From positions 198,836,001-198,900,000 of the forward strand of contig NC_086097.1 of assembly GCF_963921235.1 (NCBI RefSeq): a DNA stretch of 64,000 nt, in the 5' to 3' direction. Both the position numbers and the translations under genes were made by a program. Of this stretch, positions 12,550 to 24,549 are shown in pieces. The number at the start of each line of letters is the position of its first letter. The stretch's first letter is position 1. The notes under the pieces were generated by a model. It ran no database searches. It was not told the origin of the DNA and saw only the letters and a list, made by a program, of their open reading frames with translations. The stretch comes from Mobula hypostoma. Its lineage: Eukaryota.

Positions 12550-15368
12550 CCCAATGGCTTCACCATTCTCTGCAAAGACAGAACACTTCAGCCTTTTAAA
12601 AGTAGAGGAGTTGGAGAATACTTTATAACTAACTCATCGTGGTGTCTCATTCCTACTCACCTGACATGGAACACCTAGCAGTCAAACATCATCCACTTTA
12701 TCTGCTAAGGGAGTTTTCTGCCATCACCCTGGTAATGGTGTATATTTCACCTCAGGCCAATGTCAGGCAGACACAGGAGGAACTGAGCAGTCATGAAACA
12801 ACACACCTTGATGCCTTCCCTATCTTTACGGAGTGGTGTCCCTCTGTAATTGGATTATTGACTTCCTAACCAGAAGACCACAGTCTGTGCGGATTAGTGA
12901 TAACATATCCTCTTCGCTGATGATTAACACTGGCACAGGGGTGTGCGCTTAGCCCACTGCTCTACTGTCTCTATACACATAACTATGTGGTTAGGCATAG
13001 CTCAAATACCATCTACAAATTTGCTGACAATGCAACCATTGTTGATAGAATCTCAGGTAGTGACGAGAGGGCATACTGGAGTGAGATATGCCAACTACTG
13101 GAATGGTGCTGCAGCAACAACCTGGCACTCAACATCGGTAAGATGAAAGAGCTGATTGTGGACTTCTGGAAGGGTAAGACAAAGGAACACATACCAATTC
13201 TCATAGAAGGATCAGAAGTGGAGAGTGTGCAGCTTCAAGTTCCTGAGTGTCAAGGTCTCTGAGGATCTAACCTGGTCCCAACATATTGATGTAGTCATAA
13301 AGAAGGCAAGACAGCAGCTATACTTTATAAGGAACTTTAAGAGATTTGGCATGTCAACAAATATACTCAAAAACTTCTATAGTTGCACCGTGGAGAGCAT
13401 TCTGACAGGCTGCATCACTGTCTGGTATGGAGGGGCTACTGCACAGGACTGAAAAAAGCTGCAGAAGGTTATAAATCTAGTCAGCTCCATCTTGGGTACT
13501 AACCTACAAATTACCCAGGACATCTTCAGGGAGTGGTGTCTCAGAAAGGCAGTGTCCATGATCAAAGACGTCCAGCACCCAGGGCTTCCCTTTTCTCACT
13601 GTTACCATCAGGTAGGAGATACAGAAGCCTGAAGGCACACACTCAGCGATTCAGGAACAGCTTCTTCCCCTCTGCCATCTGATTCCTAAATGGACATTGA
13701 AGCTTTGGACACTACCTCACTTTTTTTTAAAATATATAATATTTCTGTTCTTGCACATTTTTATAAATCTATTCAATATATGTAATTGATTTACTTGTTT
13801 ATTTATTATGTTTTGTTTTATTTATTATAACTTTTTTCTCTCTCTCTGCTAGATTATGTATTGCATTGAACTGCTGCTGCTAAGTTAACAAATTTCACGT
13901 CATATGCTGGTGATAATAAACCTGATTCTGATTCTGATTCATAGCGGGGGATTGCAACCAGGCCAGCTTGAAGAAGTCTCTGAGCAACTGCCACCAATAC
14001 ATCATCTGTGGAACCAGAAGAGCCAACACACTTGACCACTGTTATACCACCATCAAGAACACTTACTGTTTCATCCCACACCCACACTTTGGAAAGACCG
14101 ATCGTCTGGTTGTATTTCTACTCTCAGTGCATAGGCAGAGTCTAAAGACTGCAGCACCAATGGTGAGGACCAAAAAGGTATGGTCAATTGGGGCGGAGGG
14201 GCACTATACTGTAGGTCTGCTTTAAGACAGTGGACTGAATAATACCCAGGGATTCATTTTCGAATCTGAATGAATATGCCACAGTTGTCATTGGCTTCAT
14301 CAAGACCTGAATGGATGAGTGTGTGCCTTTGAGAATATACCAGACATACCCAAACCAAAAGCCGTAGATGAACCAGGAGATTCGTAGTCTGCTAAGGGTT
14401 AGGTATGTGGCATTCAAGATCACCAGTCTTGAATGTCACAGATCTAGCCCTTAGTAGACTACGAATATCTGAAGGCATGACCTACAGAAGGCTATTTCGA
14501 AAGTGAAAAAAACAATTCTAATTGAAGTTAGAGAAGGAATCAGATGGGCGTCAGCTCTGGCATTACCTCCTACAAAGTGAAATCTAACATGATTGGCTGT
14601 GATGCTTCACTCCAAGATGAGCACATCTCCTTTTATGCACGCTTTGAAAGGTAGAATAAAACTACACCTGTGCAAATCCCAGCAGCACCTGGTGACCCTG
14701 TAATCTCTAACTTTGAGCCCAACATCAGAACATCTTTCAAGAGGGTGAACCCTTGCAAAGTGTCAGGCCCTGATGGTTTACATGTAGTACACCGAAAATC
14801 TGTGCAAACCAAATGGTGGCAGTGTTCAAGGACACCAATCTCTCACTGCTGTAGTTGGAGATTCCCATCTTCTTCAAAAGGACAACAAGCATACCAGTCC
14901 CGAAGAAAAGCAGAGGGAGCTGCATCAATGATTATTGTGATGTGGCACTCAAGTCCTCTGTGACAAAGTGCTTTGAGAGGTTGGTCAGCCAGCTCCGTCA
15001 TAGGCACTGGCCTCCCCAGCATCCAGGACACCTCAAAAGGTGATGCCTCAAAAAGATGACATCCATCTTTAAGGACCCCTATCATCCAGCACATGCCCTC
15101 TTCTCATTGCTACCATCAAGGAGGTGGTACAGGACCCTGAGGACTCATACTCAATGTTTCAGGAATTGCTTCTTCCCCTCTGTCACCAGATTTCTGAATG
15201 GACAATGAACCATGAACACTACCTCAGTATTTTTTGCTGTCTCTTTGCACTACTTTATATAACACACACACACTTCTTCCTATTGTAATTTATAGTTTTT
15301 TTAAAAAAATGTGTATTGCATTGTACTGCTACTGCAAAATAGCAAATTTCACCACCTGATTTTGATTC
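12550..15368 (+). mobile_element. Rex1/Babar-type LINE remnant (outer copy, internally deleted)
   Basis: Endonuclease remnants LLREFSAITLVMVYISPQAN..DAFPI | IAGD.NQA..TLDHCYT, RT start (SGPDG, IPVPKK, KCFERLV) and a 3' end with a GATT(T/C) tail. Confidence 0.75.
12825..13940 (+). mobile_element. Rex1/Babar-type LINE 3' fragment nested in the outer copy
   Basis: KFADNATIV, KELIVDF and SEDLTWSQHI motifs. Ends AATAAA-CCT(GATTCT)n at 13940, exactly where the outer frame resumes. Confidence 0.85.
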
Positions 15369-15652
15369 AGAGGAAGGGGGAAGAGCGGTCAGTCAAAGAA
15401 AGACGGTTGTAGCCTTTTTTTAAAAAAAACCTTTAATTAAAAATCTTAATCTGTCCAGTCACCAGAAAAATTGTGTTGTTGTACTGAAAAGTTGAGTACT
15501 GTCAAACACTACACTGATATATGCAATCTTTCAATTTTTATGAATTGACTGAATGGTGAATTATTAAGTAGCTTTGCACCTTTCATCTACTCCAATATAA
15601 TATGATAGGACAACTTTGAAGAAAAAGGCGACTTAGATTTAGAACTTTGATT

Positions 15653-17380
15653 TAGAAACATAGAAAACCTACAGCACAATACAGGCCCTTCGGCCCACAA
15701 AGTTGTGATGAACATGTACCTATCCAAAAGTCTCTTAATAGACCCTATCGTATCCTCTTCCACCACCGTTGCCAGCAGCCCATTGCATTCCACACACTCA
15801 GCACTCTGAGTAAAAAACTTACCCCTGACATCTCTGTACCTACTCCCCAGAACCTTAAACCGATGTCCTCTTGTGGCAACCATTTCAGCCCTGGGAAAAA
15901 GCCTCTGACTATCCACATGATCAATGCCTCTCATGAACTTATATACCTCTATCAGGTCACCTCTCATCCTCCATCGCCCCAAGGAGAAAAGGCCAAGTTC
16001 ACTCAACCTATTCTCATAAGGCATGCTCCTCAATCCAGGCAACATCCTTGTAAATCTCCTCTGCACCCTTTCTATGACTTCCATGTCCTTCCTGTACTGA
16101 GGTGACCGGAACTGAGCACAGTACTCCCAAGTGGGGTCTGACCAGGTTCCTATATAGCTGCAATAATACCTCTTGGCTCCTAAATTCAATTCCATGATTG
16201 ATGAAGGCCAATACACCGTACACTTTCTTAACCACAGAGTCAACCTGCGCAGCTGCTTTGAGCATCCTATGGACTCGGACCCCAAGATCCCTCTGATCCT
16301 CCAGACTGCCAAGAGTCTTACTATTAATACTATATTCTGCCATCATATTTGACCTACCAAAATGAACCACCTCACACTTACCTGGATTGAACTCCATCTG
16401 CCACTTCTCAGCCCAGTTTTGCATCCTATCAATGTCCCGCTGTAACCTCTGACAGCGCTCCACACTATCCACAACACCTCAATCCTTTGTCATCAGCAAA
16501 CTAACCAACCCATCCCTCCACTTCCTCATCCAGGTCATTTATAAAAATCACAAAGAGTAAGGGTCCCAGAATAGATCCCTGAGGCACTCCACTGGTGACT
16601 GACCTCCATGCAGAATATGACCCATCTACAACCACTCTTTGCCTTCTGTGGGCAAGCCAGTTCTGGACCCACAAAGCAATGTCCTCTTGGATCCCATGCC
16701 TCCTTACTTTCTCAATAAGCCTTGCATGGAGTACCTTATCAAATGCCTTGCTGAAATCCATATACACGACATCTACTGCTCTTCCTTCAATGTGTTCAGT
16801 CACATCCTCAAAAAATTCAGCCAGGCTCGTAAGGCACGACCTGCCCTTGACAAAGCCATGCTGACTATTCCTAATCATATTATACCTCTCCAAATGTTCA
16901 TAAATCCTGCCTCTCAGGATCTTCTTCATCAACTTACCAACCACTGAGGTAAGACTCACTGGTCTATAATTTCCTGGGCTATCTCTACTCCCTTTCTTGA
17001 ATAAAGGAACAACATCTGCAACCCTCCAATCCTCCAGAAGCTCTACCATCCCCATTGATGATGCAAAGATCATCGCCCGAGTCTCAGCAATCTCCTCCCT
17101 CACCTCCCACAGTAGCCTGGGGTACGACTCATCCGGTCCCGGCGACTTATCCAACGTGATGCTTTCCAAAATCTCCAGCACTTCTTCTTTCTTAATATCT
17201 ACATGCTCAAGCTTTTCAGTCTGCTGTGAGTCATCACTACAATCACCAAGATCCTTTTCCACAGTGAATTCTGAAGTAAGGTATTCATTAAGTACCTCTG
17301 CTATTTCCTCCGGTTCCATACAACTTTCCCACTGTCACACTTGATAGGTTCTATTCTTTCACGTCTTATCCTCTTGCTCT
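15653..17380 (-). mobile_element. CR1 LINE, 5'-truncated (second subfamily)
   Basis: RT fragments ([25 protein letters not shown]) and a TAGAAACATAGAAA tail. Confidence 0.92.
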
Positions 17381-17859
17381 GCATTAAACTACACACAAGA
17401 GGTCTCAAGAACTTCTGTTTAGTTTACAGTTCATAAATTGTTTTTTTTAATATAGTAGAATACACCCCAAAAAATCAATTATCAAAATATTTTTGCAAGA
17501 TCTCATGAAATAGCAATCAACTTTTTAGAAGGGTCCCTAAGGAAGGTAGGAGTCCATTAAAATTTCAAAGCTAGGCACAGAAAATAACCAAAATGCATAA
17601 TAATTTATCTGGAGAACTGAACTAGAAATATGCCACCCTTGCCAAACCACCAATGGATAAGTATTCATTTCTTGAGACTGTAACTTAGGAAGCTTATTAG
17701 TCTGGGGGATATAGGGTACATTTGATAGAATTCTATCTGGAGTCCAGGAATAAATTACAAAGAGAGATCGTGCGAAGAATTTTATATCCTGTAATAAAAA
17801 GATGAAAATTGATTTGATCAAGGATTTTAAGATTTAAAGTGAACTGACCAGAGACTGGT

Positions 17860-18370
17860 TCCTTATGAGTGTCGTAGCTGAGCGAGCTAGTGAGGAATAA
17901 CCTCCCACCTGTTAAGTGCTCCCAATGGCGTGCATCTCCAGTAGCCTCTGACAACCAAGTCTAGCTCTTGATCTTCGTGTGTGGCTTAGCTACTAAGCCC
18001 GGCAGAACCATTTCAACCTACAGGAGAAGGGGCAAAGGTGGATTACCAGCACCCTAAAAACCAATTGCTTCAGGCAGATAGGGCTCATCAGCCGTGGCTG
18101 GCAGCTCATCTAGGAAGAGGAAATCTCTGATTTCATACCTCCACTGCCTTGTGGCTATATTCACTAATGGGGAAGGCTTTGGTAGTAAATCCCAAGGAAA
18201 GATCTGGAGCTGGAGACCCTAAGGCAGTCCTACATCAAGTTCAATGCTGACAGGCAACTCCTGTGACACCACTGGTGCCAAACTATCAGTCTCTCCCATT
18301 CCTTTGGAATCATCAGCTACGTGGAAACAGGGAGCCTACTGCATGGGCAACAGTTTACTTTCCATATCTT
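17860..18370 (+). mobile_element. Repeat resembling the 5' UTR of an RTE-clade element
   Basis: GGCAGCTCATCTAGGAAGAGGAAATCTCTGATTTCATACC resembles the recalled RTE 5'-UTR motif. No ORF follows. Confidence 0.4.
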
Positions 18371-18919
18371 ACCAACCAATGGAGGGCCTCAATAATCAGT
18401 AACTCTATAATTATGGGAGAGCAGGAAACAAATTTGTAAAGTAAGGAAACACTGACATCCCTCGAAGGCTGTTGGAAGTTCAGATATTTTAAATCTGAGT
18501 TTTTGTTTAAAACCCTGTATTAAAGAATAAAGGAATAAGGCAAGTACCTGAGCCAGGCCAGTAATTCTGATAAGTGGTTTAGGACATCTGAGAGAACAAA
18601 ACTCCAAAATATCTGTATGACTTGCATCTGCTCTCAGAATAAAAATTGCATTAGTTTTTTTTTGCTCTTTGTGGGGTATAGCCAAGTACATGCACAAAGT
18701 TCCCTGATTTGAAGGGATAACAGTAAAGGTAAAAAAGATGTTCATGAATATATAAGCTCTAATATTCTGTTAGCCTAGGGGTATGTCTTAACTGTCAAAG
18801 CAATACTGAAGTAGGGCTTAACATTTAAGATCAAAAAGTGTGCTGATCTCACCCACTGAGTGGGTGCCAGATTATATGGAAGGTTACACATGGGGCAGAT
18901 CCTTGAAAAGAGGTAGTTT

Positions 18920-19560
18920 TCAAAAGTTCAAAATAAATGAAAGTACATATATGTCACCATATACAACCATGATTCATTTTCTTGCTGGCATACCCAGTAA
19001 ATCCAAGAAACAGTAGAATCAATGAAAGGTCACACCCAGTGGAACAAATGTACAAAAGGCAACACTGCAAATACAAAAAAAAATAATAAGAAAGCAATAA
19101 ATATCAATAATATGAGATGAAGTGTCCTTGAGAGTCCATAGGTTGTGGGAACAGTTCAGTGATAGGGCAAGTGACATTGAGTGAAGTTATCCCTTCTGGT
19201 TAAAGAGTCTGATGGTTGAGAGGTAATAACTGTTGCTGACCTGATGGTGTGGGTCCTGAGGCTCTTGTACCTTCTTCCTGATGAGGAGAGAGGCGAAAGC
19301 ATGGTCTGGATGTTGGGGGTCCTTGAGGATGGATACTGCTTTACTGTGACAGCACTCTGTGTAGATGTGCTTAGTGCACTGGGCTGTGTCCACCCATGTT
19401 CTCAGTATTTTTGTATATATATGTATAGTTTATCTTTTTGATTGTCAACCCTTGTTTATGCAAATTCTATTGATTTTTCCCCCTGTGTGCCTACAAGGAA
19501 ATGAATCTCAAGGTAATATATGATAACATATCCATACTCTAATAATAAAATTTACTTTGA
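18920..19560. mobile_element. Rex1-type 3'-end fragments (minus to ~19395, then plus)
   Basis: HIYTECCHSKAVSILKDPQHP on the minus strand. The 3' UTR matches the copies at 40300-40900 and 45000-45600. Confidence 0.7.
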
Positions 19561-20148
19561 AATTGAGATGAGTAGTGAGCTTGGGCAGTCAGCTGGTCAA
19601 GAAATTAATTCCGGAGTTCATACAGATCAGCTATAATCATATGAAGTGGCAGAACAGATTCAAGTAGCTTAATGCCATAAGTCAAAATCAGAATTAAATG
19701 AATTAGTTTTTTTAAATTAGGTGCCAACATAATACCATTCCCTTTCTATTGCATACTGTGACCTTAGAATCCACCCAAACATAGAATTAGACAATAGTTT
19801 GGTGTTTCCTCAAATAATTGCATATATCTAACACAAACTTAGTATTACATCTAATTTTTTTTCTGGAGTGAAACTGATCTTTCAGCTTGGGTGGGTGGTG
19901 CCAACCAATTAACTTTTGTTTTCTATATTTTCTGAAAAAGTACTAGACAAATATAGCTTAACCATACAAAAATTAATTCAGATAATATCAATATAATGCC
20001 TTATATTACAAGTGAAAAAAATATTTCTGGATTAGAAATATCACTGGTGGTCATTTAATGACTCATCAAATTTGGCCAATGTTAACCCAAGTCAGATGGA
20101 TCAAGAAACATCCTTGTAATTAATTTGCTGATTGAAGCAAGTATTGTT

Positions 20149-20625
20149 CAAAGTTCAAAATAAAATTTGCTTTCAGCATGGAAACATGTCACCACATACA
20201 ACACCAAGATTCTTTCTCTGTGGGCATACTTAGCAAATCTATAGAACAGCAACTATAAACTGCAAACATCAGGAACTATAAAATATAAATTGCAAATGCA
20301 TATGTAAATAGATAACAATAAATAATGAGCATGAAATAACAATACAACAGTCCTTAAATGAGCGAAGCTACAGTATCGCATTCTGTTCAAGAGCCTGGTT
20401 GCTGAGGGGTAGTAATTGTTCTTAAACCTGGTGGTGCAAGGCCAGGAGCACCTGTATCTTTTACCCGAGCAGCGGCGAGAAAAGAGCGTTACCTGTGGTG
20501 ACGATCTTTAACGATGTATGCTGCTTTTCTACGGCAACGTTTCATGCAGGCGTGCTCAATGGTTGGGCGGTTTTTTTACCCGCGATGTACTGGGCTGAAT
20601 CCACTACTTTTTATAGGATTTTCCT
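20149..20625 (-). mobile_element. Rex1-type 3'-end fragment
   Basis: Reverse complement of the same RT C-terminus and 3' UTR, with a TTTGAACTTTGA tail. Confidence 0.65.
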
Positions 20626-20884
20626 ACAAATAGCTATCAAAAGATACATTATAACATTATGAATGCATTGGGAAGTGGAAATTGGCCAGAAATCTCATTG
20701 TTTTACAACAATCAGCTAGAAATTGTCTGTGGATGTTGACCAAAAATAAAACGAAGCAAAATAAAACTGGATACAATTATAATGAATCTGCATTTCAGAA
20801 GCTATTTGTCAATAGCATTTGAGGCTTATAGATGAATAACAGATATTTTTGAAGGAAGTTTGCAGATTAAAATAAATGTAAGCC

Positions 20885-21300
20885 AACATCAAGAAACAAA
20901 GAGAAGGCCGATACTGGCAGAACTCAGTCAAGCAGGATCTGTGGGTGGGAGGAATTGTCGACGTTTCCCATTGTAAACGCATCAGGACTGAGGCAAGATG
21001 GCCAGTATAAAGGGTAATGGTGAGAAAGGAGTACGAGGTGATTGGTAAAGTGAAAAGAGGTGTAGGATGACAGGTAGGTTGAACGAGTTAGGGTGGGGAG
21101 CGGGGGTAGAGTTGAGATACAGTGATAAGAGAAGATGGAGGAGGTGGGAAAATGGAGAAGCAGATGAAAAAAGATGGGGCAGGTTGGAGAGGGGAGTTAC
21201 GAAGTTTGGAGACAGCTGCTGGAGAGAGTTAAGAAGAAATACGAAGACAGTTACTAGTTTTGGACTCTAAGTGGTGTGGATGGAAATGCTAGGGGATAAG
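20885..21300 (-). mobile_element. Penelope-like terminal remnant
   Basis: Minus strand CAGTC-CTGATGC...GAAACGTCGAC (~20955-20990), followed by a purine-rich tract on the plus strand. Confidence 0.55.
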
Positions 21301-21444
21301 TGAATGGCCATTGGCACCAGAGCCAGAAAATACCTATTCTACTTGGTGTAATTTTAATCACATAGTCATGTGTTTCTGCTTATCCCTCTCCAGAAACTGT
21401 TTTCAAACCTTACTCCATCTGCCTTTCCATATATTTCTCCTCCC

Positions 21445-23462
21445 CCACCCATTTGAAATGAAACGCTTTGAGCGGCTGGTCATGGAACCTTTCCAGTTTG
21501 CTTAATGACGATGCAATAGCTTCTGCCCTCCGCTCTCTCCTGTTCTACCCGGAAAATGGGATCTCATGCGCCAGACTTCAGTTCAGTGTTCAACACCATC
21601 AAACCCCAGAAGCTGGTGGGGAAACTGTCCTCGCTGGGTCCGAACACCTCACTCTGCAATTGGATACTGGGCGTCATAACAGTAAGGCCGCCATCAGTCC
21701 GTGGGGGCGGCAAGGTCTCTAATCCCATTACACTGAGCACTGGCGCTCTCCAAGGCTGTGAGTTTAGCACATTGCCATTCACACTGCTGTCGCATGACTG
21801 TGTCGCACGATTCAGCTCAAACCGTATTAGGTTTGCGGATGACACAACAGTTGGCCTTATCATGAACGATGACGAGACGGAATATAAAGAGGAAGTGGAG
21901 TGGCTGGTGGATTGGTGTGAGAAAACTCCAAACCTGACAGAATCATAGAAAGTAGGTGCAGGAGTAGGCCATTCGGCCCTTTGAGCCCCCACCGCCATTC
22001 AGTACGATCATGGCTGATCATCCAACTCAGAACCCTGTACCCGCCTTCCCTCCATACCACCGCCCCCATCCCTTTAGCCACAAGAGCCATATCTAACTCC
22101 CTCTTAAATATAGCCAATGAACTGGCCTCAACTGTTTCCCGTGGCAGAGAATTCCACAGATTCACCACTCTCTGTGTGAAGAAGTTTTTCATCATCTCGG
22201 TCCTAAAAGGCTTCCCCTTTATCCTCAAACTGTGACCCCTCGTTCTGGACTTCCCCAACATCGGGAACAATCTTCTTGCATCTAGCCTGTCCAATTCCTT
22301 TAGAATTTTATACGTTTCAATAAGATCCCCCCCTCAATCTTCTAAATTCCAGAGAGTATAAGCCTAGCCGATCCAGTCTTTCATCATATGAAAGTCCTGC
22401 CAGCCCAGGAATCAATCTGGTGAACCTTCTTTGTACTCCCTCTATGGCAAGGATGTCTTTCCTCAGATTAGGGGACCAAAATTGCACACAATACTCCAGG
22501 TGTGGTCTCACCAAGGCCTTGTACAACTGCAGTAGTACCTCCCTGCTCCTGTACTCGAATCCTCTCGCTATAAATGCCAGCATACCATTCGTCTTTTTCA
22601 CCGCCTGCTGTACCTGCATGCCCACTTTCAATGACTGGTGTACAATGACACCCAGGTCTGACAAAGAAAATCATTGTAGACTTCAGCAAGGAGCAGATGG
22701 AGCACCCCCTTCTCTGAATAAATCGCTCCTCCTTAGAAAGAATTAAGTGCACCAAGTTCCTGGGGGTTCACATCATTGATGACCTCACCTGATCCCTTAA
22801 TATCGCATCCCCGAACAAGGCGGCACGTCAGCCCCTTCGCATCCTAAGGAGATTGAGGCAAGCAAGGCTCCCCCCTCCCCAGTTTAATTCCGTCTTACAG
22901 GAGCACCACTGAGAGCGTCCTGACAAGTTGCATCTCCAGCTGATATGGGAACTGTCGAGCATCAGACCAGAAGTCCCTACAAGGGACTGTGAGACCAGCT
23001 GAGAAGGTCATAAAGGTCTCCCTACCATTAATCGGGGACATTTATCAAGAGCGCTGCGTATTCGGAGTCTTAGTATTAAGGACCCCACCCATCCATTCAG
23101 CATCTTTTGACTTTCTACCATCGGCAAGGAGACTAGGATGCAACAAGAAGAACAGTCAGGATGAGAAATAGTTTCTTCCCCCAGGTTATTAGGCTTCTGA
23201 ACTCCTTATTGCATCGTATCTGAAGTGTCACTGGTTAATTTGTTCCGTGCCTTACAATATTTAATACTAATGCACTTTAGCTTGTTATTCTTGTGTGATT
23301 CGTCTGTAGACTTTATCTTTCCCTTCACAAGTTATTGTGTGTTATGTGTACTACTGTGTTTTACACGCTAGTTCGGAGAAATGTCTCGTTTCTATATACA
23401 TTTTATGGTTATATAGGTAGAATGCGTGCACGTATTCCAAATGACAATAAAATTGACTTGAT
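21445..23462 (+). mobile_element. Rex1/Babar-type LINE split by a CR1 insertion
   Basis: [23 protein letters not shown] and FADD motifs. The frame ...NL-T-KKIIVDF is rejoined across the CR1. AATAAA tail at ~23445. Confidence 0.85.
21940..22657 (-). mobile_element. CR1 3' fragment, same subfamily as 6851-9422
   Basis: Near-identical to 6860-7570 and flanked by CTGACA direct repeats (21934-21939, 22658-22663). Confidence 0.93.
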
Positions 23463-23539
23463 TTATCGCCAAACACCCGTCATCACCCAGCTCCACTCTT
23501 GCTTCCTTCCTCTGCCCGATTCAATCTGCCTGTCGTTTT

Positions 23540-24000
23540 AGACAAGATGCTGCAGATGCTGAAATTCCTGAGCAACACAGGAAACACTGGTGTAATTCAG
23601 GTCAGACAGCATCCACAGAAGGAAATGAACAGTCGACATTTCTGAGCAAGACCCTTCAGCAGAACTGGAAAGGAAGGGGGCAAAAGCCAGAATAAGAAGG
23701 GTGGGTGTACAACAGGCAGGTAATAGGTTAGAGAACAATGTATGAAGTTCGGAGGTGATAGGTGAATGTAGAGGACTGAAGAAGGGGGAATCTCAAAGTG
23801 TGTCATGGAAGAAAAGATAGTGAACAGAGAGGAGTGGTTACTGGAAGTTAGAGAAATTGTGGTTGATGTCGATATCATCAGCAAGATGACTACCCAGACA
23901 GAATAAGAATTTGGCCTTGTCATGGTAGTAGAGGAAGCCATGGAGAGACATGTCAGTGTGGGAATACAAAGTTGAATACAAAGTGGTAGTCACCATGGTC
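23540..24000 (-). mobile_element. Penelope-like 3' remnant
   Basis: Minus strand CAGTT-CTGCTGA-AGGGTCTTGCTCA-GAAA-TGTC-GACTG hammerhead-like end at ~23629-23667. Confidence 0.65.
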
Positions 24001-24549
24001 TTGGCCTGAAATTCCAAATGTTTATGTTACCTAACCTACTGCATTTTGTGCTTGTTGCTGCATGTCATTTTACATCCCCCCTCAGTCCACCTGAATCTTG
24101 TCTCAACATTCCTCTTCCCCTCTTTATACTGGACATCTCACCTCTCTAGATTTAGATTCTACATGCAGGGTTTTAGCCCCAAAAGCCAACAATCCTTCAG
24201 GCAGATTGTTTGCTGCTCACATCAATATTAGAAATTGAACAAGATACTGTACAGTAAGACAAGTTATCAGCAATTACAAATTATGTAGAAAAATAAGAAT
24301 GGTTGTAACTAACCTCTACAGCATAGTGAATTTTGCATGTTAATATTTTCATGTGGAGAACACTGGCAAGTGGGAACTACATCAGTTGCAGAAAAGCAGC
24401 AGAGATAACAATTAGTCACAGATCTTTTTGATCATCAGATGAGTATATATAAAATTGAAATTTTGTACACATACAACAGGAAAAAAAAAAACCTCATCCA
24501 TATAGGAATTTGGTGGATAAATTCAGCACAAAGCTAATTACCATCATTA

